A stretch of DNA of 40,461 nucleotides from assembly GCA_039190745.1 (NCBI GenBank), contig JBCCXZ010000035.1, forward strand, positions 1 through 40,461, in the 5' to 3' direction. Numbering within the stretch: position 1 is the first letter of the stretch; the number at the start of each line of letters is the position of its first letter. This document shows, piece after piece, positions 17,591 to 27,064 of this stretch. Both the position numbers and the translations under genes were made by a program. The notes beneath the pieces were generated by a model, which was not told where the DNA came from, made no database searches, and saw only the letters and a list, made by a program, of their open reading frames with translations. The DNA comes from Planctomycetota bacterium (GTDB lineage Bacteria > Planctomycetota > Planctomycetia > Pirellulales > Lacipirellulaceae).

Positions 17591-19003
17591 TCACTTCACG
17601 GTATTGTTCCCCGCGTTCGCCTCACGCACCGGCATGAGCTGCAAAGCATCGATCAGCGGCCGGTCGCCATCGCTGAAACGCTCCGAGGCCGACTGCTGCA
17701 GCGTCACCGCCACCGACGCCCGCGGCAGGTCGTCCGCCGCGATCAGGTAGTACCGCCACTCGACGGGCACGCCTTCAACGCTGCCCTGCCCCACGATGCC
17801 CAGGCAGTGGTTGCCCAGCGCGGTCTCCCACTCCGAGGCGCTCACCACCTGCTCCAGCCGCTCGCCGAGCGACGACCGCACGTCGTCCTCAAACGCCTGC
17901 AGCGTGGTGTGCCGCTCGGCCGACCGCGGCGGGAGCGTCGTAATGTTGCAGTGCGCGATCAGCTCCGACTCCTGCATGCAACGCAGCGAACTCAGGTCGC
18001 CCGCCTCGCTGGTGACGTACCAGTTGCCGGGGTGCATGAGTTGGAATCGCCCGTGCTCGGGCAGGTAGCTCAGTGTGTCGACCACCGGCTGGTCGAGCCG
18101 GCCGGCCGCTTCGAGGGCCTGTTCGGGAAACGTCGGCGCGGCGTCGAGCGGGTCGACCGCAAGCTTCAGCTTGGCCACCACCTCCAGCCCTGGCGTCGCC
18201 CCGCCGCGGGCGCGGGTCTCTTTCACCGCCAGATTCAGACGCCGCACGCGCTGGATCTCGGGGTCGAACAGGTAGGCGCCGCGGAGGTCCATCTCGGTCG
18301 TGGCGCCGTCCACCGTGCCGTGCACGGTGCCCGCCATGCGGACCGCCACGTGGGCGTCTTTCTCGCCGACCACCACGCTCGCCACCTCGCACACCGCCAC
18401 CTGGTCCATCGACAGCAGCCCGCTGAGCGTCTCCGCCGCGTGCTCCCATTGGTCGCCCTCGGCGACGTCTCGCCCGGGCAGCAGGTCGTCGAGCGCCAAG
18501 CTGTTGCCCACGATGTTGATCACGTCCAGGTCTTCCCGCGTCAGCGGCTGCTCGGAACCGTTGATCCGGAAGACGCCCCCTTCGAGCTCCGCAAGCAGCA
18601 CGGCCGTGGGGTCGGTGAGCGACTTGGTCTCCTGCGCCTCGCCAACGCCGATCGTGGCTTCCGCCTTCTGGTAGCGCCGCAACGCCCGCCGCGGGCCCCC
18701 GTCGCCGGTGTGGGTGATGAGCTCGTCGTAGGCCAGCTCGCCGGCCACCTGCAGCGGCAGTTGCTGCTGGCCTTCCTGGGCGTTGAACTCGACCTGCCCG
18801 CCGACCTCCAGCGTGGCCCGCACCCGCTGGGCGTCGCCGGTTTTCAGCCCGCTTATGAGTTCCGCGGAGACCGGTTCTTTCTGGACCCCCTCTTCCGCCA
18901 ACGTGGGCCCGTCTTCTGCCAACACGGGAGCTGCCAAGATCCCGAGCGACAAAGCGGTCCCTACCAACCAACGACCCACCAACCAACGAGGAGAGCAGTT
19001 CAT
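17591..19003 (-). CDS. hypothetical exported protein
   Basis: Signal-peptide-like N-terminus (GTALSLGILAAPVLA-E); GC-typical codon usage; start at MNCSPR chosen. Confidence 0.7.
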   Translation of the reverse strand: MNCSPRWLVGRWLVGTALSLGILAAPVLAEDGPTLAEEGVQKEPVSAELISGLKTGDAQRVRATLEVGGQVEFNAQEGQQQLPLQVAGELAYDELITHTGDGGPRRALRRYQKAEATIGVGEAQETKSLTDPTAVLLAELEGGVFRINGSEQPLTREDLDVINIVGNSLALDDLLPGRDVAEGDQWEHAAETLSGLLSMDQVAVCEVASVVVGEKDAHVAVRMAGTVHGTVDGATTEMDLRGAYLFDPEIQRVRRLNLAVKETRARGGATPGLEVVAKLKLAVDPLDAAPTFPEQALEAAGRLDQPVVDTLSYLPEHGRFQLMHPGNWYVTSEAGDLSSLRCMQESELIAHCNITTLPPRSAERHTTLQAFEDDVRSSLGERLEQVVSASEWETALGNHCLGIVGQGSVEGVPVEWRYYLIAADDLPRASVAVTLQQSASERFSDGDRPLIDALQLMPVREANAGNNTVK

Positions 19004-19626
19004 AGCCGTACGCCTTCCTGTGCGTGCACTGTCTGTCGTGACCGAGAGATGTTTTCCGCTAGCTGGTCTGGCTGACCCTGGAGGAGTTAACGACGGGATT
19101 TCCACAGAGAATCTCCGGCTCCGTGGCCATGGGGGAGACACTCCGCAACGCGGTAAATCCCGTAAACCTCCTATCTTTAAAGCGAAGGCATCCAAACGAA
19201 CCGTCTGCGTGCGACCTCGCCAGCGATTGCCGCAGCCGAAAATCGGCCGCAAAGCTATATTTTCTATGGGCTTGTGACGAATCCGAACGGACTTAAACAC
19301 CGAAAATCGGTGCGACACCCAGAACTTTCTATCGACCCATCGCCACTAATGTGCGTACAACTTTCGGCTTCCGGTCACTAGCTGACTGCACCCGTGCGTC
19401 AACCGAAAGCCGCTTGTCCTGCCGGCGGGGTTACAGAGACCGTCGGATCGAGTGTTTTGAGAGGTTTTCGGAGGAACCGGCCGGCATGAGCCACAGGCCG
19501 GTTCGGGTGACGGAGCCGTTAGTACAACAGCTTCCAGGTGCGTGGGCGGAGGAGCCGCACGGAACACCACGCCGCTGAAAGCGGGGGGCCATCGAGGCCT
19601 CTGGTAAGGGTCGGAAGAGGTGGGCC

Positions 19627-21231
19627 ATGCAGTCTCGATACCACAGCGAAACCATTCAAGAAATCCGTGACGACACCGTCACGGCCGACAGCCGCGAGTC
19701 TATCCTCGAACGGCTCGAGCTCGCCGAGCGCCTGATCGCCAGCGTCGCCTCCGAGGGCGACTACCGCGTTGCAGACATCGCGCAGCAGCTCGTCGGCCGC
19801 CGCGTGTTCCCCGCCCAGCGCGGCGAGGCCCTCGACGGCAAGCAGCTCTTGCAAGACCTCCGCCTGCTGGTCGAGGACCTCTCAGACAAGGTCCAGCTCG
19901 ACGCCGCCGCCATGGGCGAGCAGGTGTTCACCGTCGAGCAGCTCGCCAAGCAGTTCAACGTCTCGACAAAGACGATCTCCCGCTGGCGCGACCTGGGGCT
20001 CGTCAGCCGCCGCATGGTGTTCGACGGCCGCAAGCGCGTCGGTTTCCTGCGCAGCAGCGTCGACCGCTTCGTCAAGAACAACGCCGACCGCGTCCAACGC
20101 GGCGCCCGCTTCAGCCAGCTCTCCGAAGAGCAGCGGGCCGAGCTGGTCGAGCGCGCCCGCGAGATGGCCCGCGGCGGCGGCAGCCGCTCGGAGATCACCC
20201 GGCAGCTCGCCGAGCGCACCGGCCGCAGCGTCGAGACGGTCCGCGCCACACTCCGGCAGCACGACGACGAGCACCCGACCGACGCCGTCTTCCCCGGCGA
20301 GGCCGGCCCGCTGACCGACGCGCAGAAAGAGAACATCTTCGCCGCGTACCGCCGGGGCACGCCCGTCGAGGTGCTCTGCCGCGACTACAACCGCACGAAG
20401 ACCACCATCTACCGCGTGGTCAGCACCATGCGGGCCCAGCACATCGCCGAGCTGCCGCTGGACTACATCGACAACCCTCGCTTCAGCCGCAAGGGCGCCG
20501 ACAACGCCTGCCTGGGCCCGATGCCGGAGGCCGAAACCGCCACGCGCAAGCCGCGTCGCCCCTCCGGCCTGCCGCCCTACCTCGCGAGCCTGTACGAAAT
20601 CCCCCTGCTCACCCGCGAGCAGGAGCAGCACATCTTCCGCAAGTACAACTACCTCAAGCACAAGGCAACCAAGCTCCGCAACCAACTCGACACGGAGAAC
20701 CCCAAGAGTTCTCTCATGGACGAGATCGAGGAGCTCCACGCCGAGATCGTCGCCACCAAGAACCAGATTTCCCGCTGCAACCTCCGCCTGGTCGTCTCGA
20801 TCGCCAAGCGGCACGTCACGCCGGACCAGAACTTCTTCGAGCTCGTGAGCGACGGCAACCTGTCGCTGCTCCGCGCGGTCGAGAAGTTCGACTTCGCCCG
20901 CGGCAACAAGTTCAGCACGTACGCCAGCTGGGCGATCATGAAGAACTTCGCCCGCACGATCCCCGGCGAGTACAAGCACCGCGACCGGTTCCGCACCAGC
21001 TTCGACGAGTTGTTCGACGCCACCCAAGAGAAGCGGGCCAACCCCGCCATCGAGGAGTCGGCCCAGAACGACCGCGAGCAGAAGATCCGCCGCATCCTGC
21101 GGAACCTCGACGAGCGCGAGCAGCAGATCATTATCGGCAGGTTTGGGCTGGACCACTCCCGCGAACCCCTCACCTTGAAAGAGGTGGGGGCGGAGCTGGG
21201 GGTAACCAAAGAACGCATCCGCCAGATCTAG
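19627..21231 (+). CDS. sigma-70 family factor with long N-terminal multi-HTH extension; region 4.2 interrupted by TAG (frame continues to 21294)
   Basis: PLLTREQE (1.2), NLRLVVSIAKR, DGNLSLLRAVEKFD, KFSTYASWAI (2), TLKEVGAELGVTKERIRQI (4). Confidence 0.88.
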   Translation: MQSRYHSETIQEIRDDTVTADSRESILERLELAERLIASVASEGDYRVADIAQQLVGRRVFPAQRGEALDGKQLLQDLRLLVEDLSDKVQLDAAAMGEQVFTVEQLAKQFNVSTKTISRWRDLGLVSRRMVFDGRKRVGFLRSSVDRFVKNNADRVQRGARFSQLSEEQRAELVERAREMARGGGSRSEITRQLAERTGRSVETVRATLRQHDDEHPTDAVFPGEAGPLTDAQKENIFAAYRRGTPVEVLCRDYNRTKTTIYRVVSTMRAQHIAELPLDYIDNPRFSRKGADNACLGPMPEAETATRKPRRPSGLPPYLASLYEIPLLTREQEQHIFRKYNYLKHKATKLRNQLDTENPKSSLMDEIEELHAEIVATKNQISRCNLRLVVSIAKRHVTPDQNFFELVSDGNLSLLRAVEKFDFARGNKFSTYASWAIMKNFARTIPGEYKHRDRFRTSFDELFDATQEKRANPAIEESAQNDREQKIRRILRNLDEREQQIIIGRFGLDHSREPLTLKEVGAELGVTKERIRQI

Positions 21232-21365
21232 GCCCGGGCGCTGAACAAGCAGCGCTTGGCCGCGAGCGAGGAGAAGATCGCGTTCGACCTGTAAGAGGTG
21301 AGAGGAATCCGCGAAGCGAAAGGCTGCTATCCCTCCCGAGCGGCGGAACCCCCTCACGCGTGCGT

Positions 21366-21397
21366 AAGGCCCCGGGCGGCAAGCTCGGGGCCTTTTT
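21366..21397 (+). terminator. intrinsic terminator after the sigma gene
   Basis: AAGGCCCCGGGC-GGCAA-GCTCGGGGCC-TTTTT. Confidence 0.75.
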
Positions 21398-21538
21398 CGT
21401 TGGCGATCAGACTTTTGAGCGGTCGCTCACGAGTTCGTAGAATCTTGTGCCGCTCCAACGCCACTCGGATAATGTCGGCCCAATTCCCCGACAAAGCTGG
21501 GCCCAATTCTCTTTCGACGAGAGACACAGGGATGTGCG

Positions 21539-22378
21539 ATGAAGGTATCACCTAGAACAGTCTCTGCGATAGGACGAATCGTTACCGGGGACGAGAAGAT
21601 TTCTCCGTACCGTAGTGGCCCGCAACTGGTGAGGCTATTCAACGAGTATGGGGCGAATGACACTTACGGTCAGGGTTTTCCATCGCGGTGGCAATATGCA
21701 GAAAACCGACTCCGAGAGCTAAACGGGTCGGCGGTACTTAGTGCCCTTGTCTGCGAGGTGTTGGATCCACGCGGGTTCATGGATTCCCAGTTCGATTGGT
21801 CAGAAGCAGCTGAATACCTGAACAATCGTCTCCGATACGATGGCTTTGAGGTAGTCAAAGAGAAAGGCCTTGCCCAGATACGCGATCTAGCGGGATCGCT
21901 AGTAGCATGTGACCACCCGTTCGAGGGGTCAACAGACGAGGGCCATCTCTTCATAGACGAGCAGATCGCTAAGTCACAGAAGAGAATCGAGGAGGGCGAC
22001 TTCGACGGCGCCATCACAAATGCAAGGTCATTGCTTGAGGCTGTGCTACGGGAAATTGAACGACACGACGAGACAAGTCCATCCAAGTACGACGGAGACT
22101 TGATCAAGCTCTACAGAAGGATTCAGAAGAAGCTAAACCTTGAGCCTGGTCAGACCGATCTAGATTCATCCCTTAAGCAAGTGCTGACTGGCATGAACTC
22201 CGTTGTTAACGGAATCGCTGCCCTGAGTAATAGGTTGGGCGATAGGCATGTGCGAATCTACCGGCCTGCAAAGCACCACGCCATCCTAGTAGTGAACGCA
22301 GCAAAAACCTTGGTTAGCTTCTTGTTCGAAACGCAAAGGTACCAGGCAGAGAAGGACGAGGAGACGCAAGAGAGGTAG
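21539..22378 (+). CDS. abortive-infection family protein (AbiJ-like N-terminus + Abi_C/HEPN)
   Basis: YRSGPQLVRLFN, AITNARSLLEAV, Rx4H motif RLGDRH, AILVVNAAKTLVSFL; visibly lower GC than flanks. Confidence 0.8.
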   Translation: MKVSPRTVSAIGRIVTGDEKISPYRSGPQLVRLFNEYGANDTYGQGFPSRWQYAENRLRELNGSAVLSALVCEVLDPRGFMDSQFDWSEAAEYLNNRLRYDGFEVVKEKGLAQIRDLAGSLVACDHPFEGSTDEGHLFIDEQIAKSQKRIEEGDFDGAITNARSLLEAVLREIERHDETSPSKYDGDLIKLYRRIQKKLNLEPGQTDLDSSLKQVLTGMNSVVNGIAALSNRLGDRHVRIYRPAKHHAILVVNAAKTLVSFLFETQRYQAEKDEETQER

Positions 22379-22711
22379 CAAGGACAATGGCTCTGATCGA
22401 TACAGCAATCCCTGATCGGTTAACTAACTTTCCGAAGCCGCGATTCTCTGAGTTTGTCCTTCGCTCCAAAGGCGGTCACCAGGCGCTTCCAGAAACCTAC
22501 CGTTTACGGCTTCAACTAAAGTGTGTTTGCCTCCGGAGCAGCGAAGATGGGCGAGTTTTCTGCGCAAGACCGCGAATCTCGCTAGGTCCCTCGCCATCGT
22601 TTGAGCGCCTCGCGGATTGTCGTTAGTTTAAGAGTACGGAACACTTACCGGGCCGACCTCCTCTCCGGCCCCGATACCTTTCTATTGCCACACAGGCTTA
22701 GGCAGACACCA

Positions 22712-25384
22712 ATGGCGTCGATAACGAACCCACCCGTGCAGCGATTGCTCTCCCCTCAGATCTTGGGCTGCCTAGCAGCCGCCTTCTGGATAATCCTCAC
22801 CGCCGGAGCGTCCGCCCAGCCGCTGCTCTTCTCCGACGACCTCAGCACCGGTGCCGGCTGGCAGTACTCCCACTTCGGCGGGACCGCCAAACCCGGGGCG
22901 GGCGACATCAGCGCAGCCGATTTCGGCTTCGACTACTCCGTCGTTGGCATCCCCGAAGCGCCCAATAGCGCGCTGGGCGACGCAACCACGTCGGGCTTGC
23001 GTCTCGCCGCGAACCTCCCGGGCGGCTGGCCGGGCGACCAAGTGGCGGCCGTGTACGAGGACGCCGCCATCGCAGGGCAGTACACCCTGCAAGTCGACGT
23101 CTGGATGAACTACGACTCCAGCGGCACGACCGAGCACGTGGGTGTCTCGGCCGGTTTCGATCTCAACGACGCCCAGTTCTCTTTTTCGCCGGGGCAGAAC
23201 GGAGCGGGCGTCGCCTTCAGCGGCGACGGCTTCGCGGGCTGCAGCGGTTCGAGCACCGGCATCTGCGACTACATCTTGCTCAAAGACGGGGCCCGGCTCG
23301 ACCTCAATAGCGGCCAATACGAAGAGAGCAGCTTCGGCACGGGGAACCGACCCGGCTACAACCAAACCAACAGCAACGCCAACATCGATCTCCCAGCCCT
23401 CTTCCCCGCCATCGACATCGCCGCGGCCACGGGCGGTCTGAATAGCTCCGGTACCCAGCAGGCCGGTGCACTGGGTTTCCAGTGGGTAACGGTCACCATC
23501 GAAGTCGACCCAACCGCCGCCGGCAGCGGGACCAACGGCAATCTCGGCACGGCGACGGTTTCACTCGAAAGCCACGCCTCGGGCAATTCGTTCACACTGG
23601 GCACGATCGACAACAGCGTCACCGACGACCCCTTCGACGGGATCAACAGCCAAGAACGGCCCGTCAATCTAGAGGGCGGCATTGGGTTATTCATCACCGA
23701 CTACTTCTCCAGCCAGGCCACCGACCCCAACCTGGCCTTCGCGCTGTTCGACAACGTGCGAGTGTTCGACGGCTTCCTCGGCCCGGTGAGCGCCGTGGCT
23801 GAAGTGCCCGAGCCGTCGACGGTCTTCCTGTCGCTGGCAGCGGTCGCAGCCTTGGCGGGGTCCAGCCGGCGGCGTGCCCGTCGGCTCTTCATCCCGCTCC
23901 TGGCGGTGCTGCTGGTCGGCGTCGTCGGCAACCGCGCCCAGGCGGTACTCAGCCTCACTGGCAACTTCGACCACGGTTCGCTCCAGAGCTGGACCGGCGA
24001 TCTCACCAGTATCGACCTCACCGGCCGCGACAACTACTACGGCGACAACGAGTGGCGGTGGATGTACTTCGAGGCTTCCGGCGTCCAGGGCGCCCAGCCC
24101 GTGTTCACCATCGACCAGCCCTTCGCCGGCGGCAACCAGGCGCTCACCACCCACAAGATGGTCTACTCTTACGACAACGAGAACTGGAGCTTCTTCGACA
24201 ACGGCAACCGCAGCGGTAACGTCTACACCTTCTCCAACAATTCGGCGTTCACCGGCGATACCGTCTGGGTGGCCTACGCCCAGCCCTACTCCTACGAACG
24301 GTCGGCGACCCACACCGCCCAGGTCCTCGCCTCGCCCTGGGCGATGCCCACCGTCTCGGGCGACGCCAACGGCGTGATCGGCGAGAGCCCGCTCAACTTC
24401 GACGACCTCGGCCGGCTCGTCCCCAAGCGAGACGCCTTCGCCTACCGCATCACCAACCCGGCGACCGACTCAGCCTCGCCCAAGCGTAAGATCGTCATCT
24501 CCACAGGCATGCACGCCGGCGAGGTACTGGGCACGCACACCTTCGAGGCCATGGTCAATTGGCTGATCTCCGACGACGCCCGCGCCGCACGCCTCCGCGA
24601 CGACGTCGAGATCTTCGCCTACCCCACGATGAACTCCGCCGGCCGCTTCGCCGGCAACAACCGGGGCACCGTCGAGAACCCCACCGTCGAGCCCAACGGG
24701 CAGTGGAACCCCTTCCTGTGGGTCGACGACCAGATCATCAAGGTCAACGGCGAGGCCATGATCGCCGACGTGCAGTCCACCCCCGGCACGGTCGTCGACG
24801 CCTACATCGACTTCCACTCCACCATCCCCACGGGCCTCGACGACTTCGGCTTCATCGAGATCGATCAGGGAGACAACCTGGCCGACTTCTGGGTCGAGTT
24901 CAGAAACCTGCAGCCCAACGTCGACGAGACCGACTCGACCAGCACCAACTGGACCGCCGCCAACTTCGCCGAGGCCTTCCTCGGCGCCGAAGTCGACATC
25001 ACCTTCGAGACCGAGTTCGGCAACAACCGCCCGCTCTCGTACTACCAAACGCTCGGCGAGAACTTTGGCATCGCCTTCTACAACGCCTGGGTGCAGGTCC
25101 CCAACCCCGACGCCGCCGACTTCGACGAAGACGGCGACGTCGACGCGGCCGACCTCGCCGCCTGGGAGAACGGCTTCAGCATCGCCAGCGGCGCCAATCA
25201 CTGGGACGGCGACGCCGACGGTGACGGCGACGTCGACCTGGCGGACGTCTTCGTCTGGCAGCAGCAAGAAGGCAACGGCGTCGCGGTGACCGCTGCCGCC
25301 TCGGTCGTCCCTGAGCCCGCGGCTGCTACGCTCACCGCCATCGCACTGGCTGCCGGTACTTGGGTTCTGCGTTTCCGGCGGTGA
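22712..25384 (+). CDS. exported two-module protein: beta-rich domain + internal PEP-CTERM + second signal peptide + M14 zinc carboxypeptidase + dockerin-like repeats + PEP-CTERM
   Basis: HAGE...DFHS zinc ligands; GNFDHGSL CCP-like N-domain; DFDEDGDVD/DADGDGDVD; VPEP at 23804 and 25307. Confidence 0.8.
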   Translation: MASITNPPVQRLLSPQILGCLAAAFWIILTAGASAQPLLFSDDLSTGAGWQYSHFGGTAKPGAGDISAADFGFDYSVVGIPEAPNSALGDATTSGLRLAANLPGGWPGDQVAAVYEDAAIAGQYTLQVDVWMNYDSSGTTEHVGVSAGFDLNDAQFSFSPGQNGAGVAFSGDGFAGCSGSSTGICDYILLKDGARLDLNSGQYEESSFGTGNRPGYNQTNSNANIDLPALFPAIDIAAATGGLNSSGTQQAGALGFQWVTVTIEVDPTAAGSGTNGNLGTATVSLESHASGNSFTLGTIDNSVTDDPFDGINSQERPVNLEGGIGLFITDYFSSQATDPNLAFALFDNVRVFDGFLGPVSAVAEVPEPSTVFLSLAAVAALAGSSRRRARRLFIPLLAVLLVGVVGNRAQAVLSLTGNFDHGSLQSWTGDLTSIDLTGRDNYYGDNEWRWMYFEASGVQGAQPVFTIDQPFAGGNQALTTHKMVYSYDNENWSFFDNGNRSGNVYTFSNNSAFTGDTVWVAYAQPYSYERSATHTAQVLASPWAMPTVSGDANGVIGESPLNFDDLGRLVPKRDAFAYRITNPATDSASPKRKIVISTGMHAGEVLGTHTFEAMVNWLISDDARAARLRDDVEIFAYPTMNSAGRFAGNNRGTVENPTVEPNGQWNPFLWVDDQIIKVNGEAMIADVQSTPGTVVDAYIDFHSTIPTGLDDFGFIEIDQGDNLADFWVEFRNLQPNVDETDSTSTNWTAANFAEAFLGAEVDITFETEFGNNRPLSYYQTLGENFGIAFYNAWVQVPNPDAADFDEDGDVDAADLAAWENGFSIASGANHWDGDADGDGDVDLADVFVWQQQEGNGVAVTAAASVVPEPAAATLTAIALAAGTWVLRFRR

Positions 25385-25449
25385 GTTCGGCTTTTCTCAC
25401 TCAGGCTCGAACAGAGAAACAAGCAAGTTAGACGCCTAACCGAGCTTCC

Positions 25450-25953
25450 GTGGTAACTCTTCAAAAGCCAGCTCCTCGGCACGAGGAGCAGTTCCTGCGG
25501 GCTGTCCGCAAGAGTCGCGCACTCTACAAGGGTTTTGCCTCACCTCCGGCAAGTGTGGCGTCATTTCAGCAGTACATCAACTCGCTGCGAAAAGAGAATC
25601 GCGTAGGTTTTCTCCTCACGCTCGCGGAATCAGACGACCTTGTCGGCGTGGTGAACGTCAACGAGATCGTTCGCGGCTCTTTTCAATCCGCCTACCTTGG
25701 GTACTACGCATTCCTTCCGTACGCCGGCCAGGGCCTCATGTCGCAAGGCATGCGGCACGTCATCCGGCGTTGTTTCAAAGATTTGAAGCTGCATCGACTC
25801 GAGGCCAATATCCAACCTGAGAACGAGCGATCCATCGCCTTAGTGAAGGCACTTGGCTTTTCGAAGGAAGGGTATTCTCCGCGGTACCTCAAGATCAGCG
25901 GCAGGTGGAGAGATCACGAGCGATGGGCAATCTGCTCGGAAGAGTGGCGGTAG
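25450..25953 (+). CDS. GNAT acetyltransferase, RimJ/RimL family
   Basis: IVRGSFQSAYLGY, GQGLM, LHRLEANIQPENERSIAL, YLKISGRWRDHERWA. Confidence 0.92.
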   Translation: MVTLQKPAPRHEEQFLRAVRKSRALYKGFASPPASVASFQQYINSLRKENRVGFLLTLAESDDLVGVVNVNEIVRGSFQSAYLGYYAFLPYAGQGLMSQGMRHVIRRCFKDLKLHRLEANIQPENERSIALVKALGFSKEGYSPRYLKISGRWRDHERWAICSEEWR

Positions 25954-25998
25954 CCAGTTGCGTAACGACGGTCTTCCCGGCCAGCCGTGGTCCCTATT

Positions 25999-26022
25999 GT
26001 CGGGTGCAAGCACTCATCCTAC
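25999..26022 (-). repeat. GTAG-type REP
   Basis: Minus strand GTAGGATGAGTGC-TT-GCACCCGAC between convergent genes. Confidence 0.55.
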
Positions 26023-26049
26023 AGCTCTCAAGCGACCGTACCGGCGTCG

Positions 26050-26730
26050 TCATGCGGTCGGTGCTGCAGAAGCCGGTGTAGAGTTCACTGCCGGCAGCAG
26101 TGCTTCGACCCGCGGAGCTAGTTCCTCCGGCACGTCGAACCGCCCCGCTTCCCTGCTCCACCACCCGCTGTGCGCCAGGCCAGTGATGCGCCCGCTCTCG
26201 TTTCGCAGTATCAGCACAGATCTCCACCTCTTGAACTCACCCGGGCGAGAGAACCATACACCGTGTTTCCAGATGTAGGAGTGATCCGCAGGCAGCAAGT
26301 AAACGGTCATTGCGAAGCCGTAGACCGTTAAACCAAGAAGGCCGCCGATCCAAAAGGGGAGCACCAGAAGATCAACGGCCATACGAGATCCGACGGCGGC
26401 CTGCAGCAGCAGCCTTCCAACGAAGACTGCCCCGCCCACCATAAGCAGTCCTCGCCAAGCGCGCTCAGACGGGCAAGCGACGCGGTCTGCCCCTGACCAC
26501 CACCAGTGGATGTACCACCACGAAAGCATCCCCGCCAGCAGGAGACACGAAGTAAGCAATAAGAAGACTTGATCGAACGAGTAAGCAAGACCCGGCTCAG
26601 AGGGCACAACCAAAGTGAATGACCGAGCCGCATAGGCGTACATCGCCAGCAGCGTGGTCGTCAGCAGCAACTCACGCAGGCTGAACCGAGCGCGCCCGCC
26701 GTAGATCTCAGAAGTGGCGACACTATCCAC
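26050..26730 (-). CDS. hypothetical membrane protein
   Basis: RARFSLRELLL N-terminal motif and about 4 TM helices. Confidence 0.65.
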   Translation of the reverse strand: MDSVATSEIYGGRARFSLRELLLTTTLLAMYAYAARSFTLVVPSEPGLAYSFDQVFLLLTSCLLLAGMLSWWYIHWWWSGADRVACPSERAWRGLLMVGGAVFVGRLLLQAAVGSRMAVDLLVLPFWIGGLLGLTVYGFAMTVYLLPADHSYIWKHGVWFSRPGEFKRWRSVLILRNESGRITGLAHSGWWSREAGRFDVPEELAPRVEALLPAVNSTPASAAPTA

Positions 26731-26859
26731 GAGTACGACCGACCATTATTCGGGGGTGCCCATTTTTTTGTGGCGAATGGCCACCCAGGTATGTATACAT
26801 AAAAACACCATTTCGTGCCGATCTCTGACAACCCGCACCCAAGCCAATCGGCGAGCCGG

Positions 26860-26885
26860 CTCTGTGTCTCCGCGCCTCTGCGTGA
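26860..26885 (-). repeat. single copy related to the outer repeat of 5362-5522
   Basis: Minus strand TCACGCAGAGGCGCGGAGA versus TCACCGCAGAGGACGCGGAGA at 5363. Confidence 0.5.
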
Positions 26886-27064
26886 GCGATCTCAGTGTCC
26901 CTAGTGGCTCAATCCACCGCCGCAAAACCCGTCTCACTATCGACCGCCGCCCGTGCCACTGGCTGCTTGCCAGCCAGTGTTTCTAGCTTCGTAGACCGGA
27001 CAAAAGAAAACCACTTCTGCAAACGCCTCAAACACTAAACCACGCTCCTTTTGTCACACCCCTA

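Noticed and set aside
21229..21231. Pyrrolysine or genome-wide TAG recoding
   Set aside because: TAG ends many normal genes here (e.g. kdsC, glgC), no pyl genes are in the window, and the expected residue is Glu
22387..22626. 79-aa ORF after the Abi gene as a partner gene
   Set aside because: No recognisable motif and poor RBS spacing; cannot be supported
26785..26820. dif (XerCD) site
   Set aside because: Only TTATGT matches the XerD arm; the XerC arm is poor
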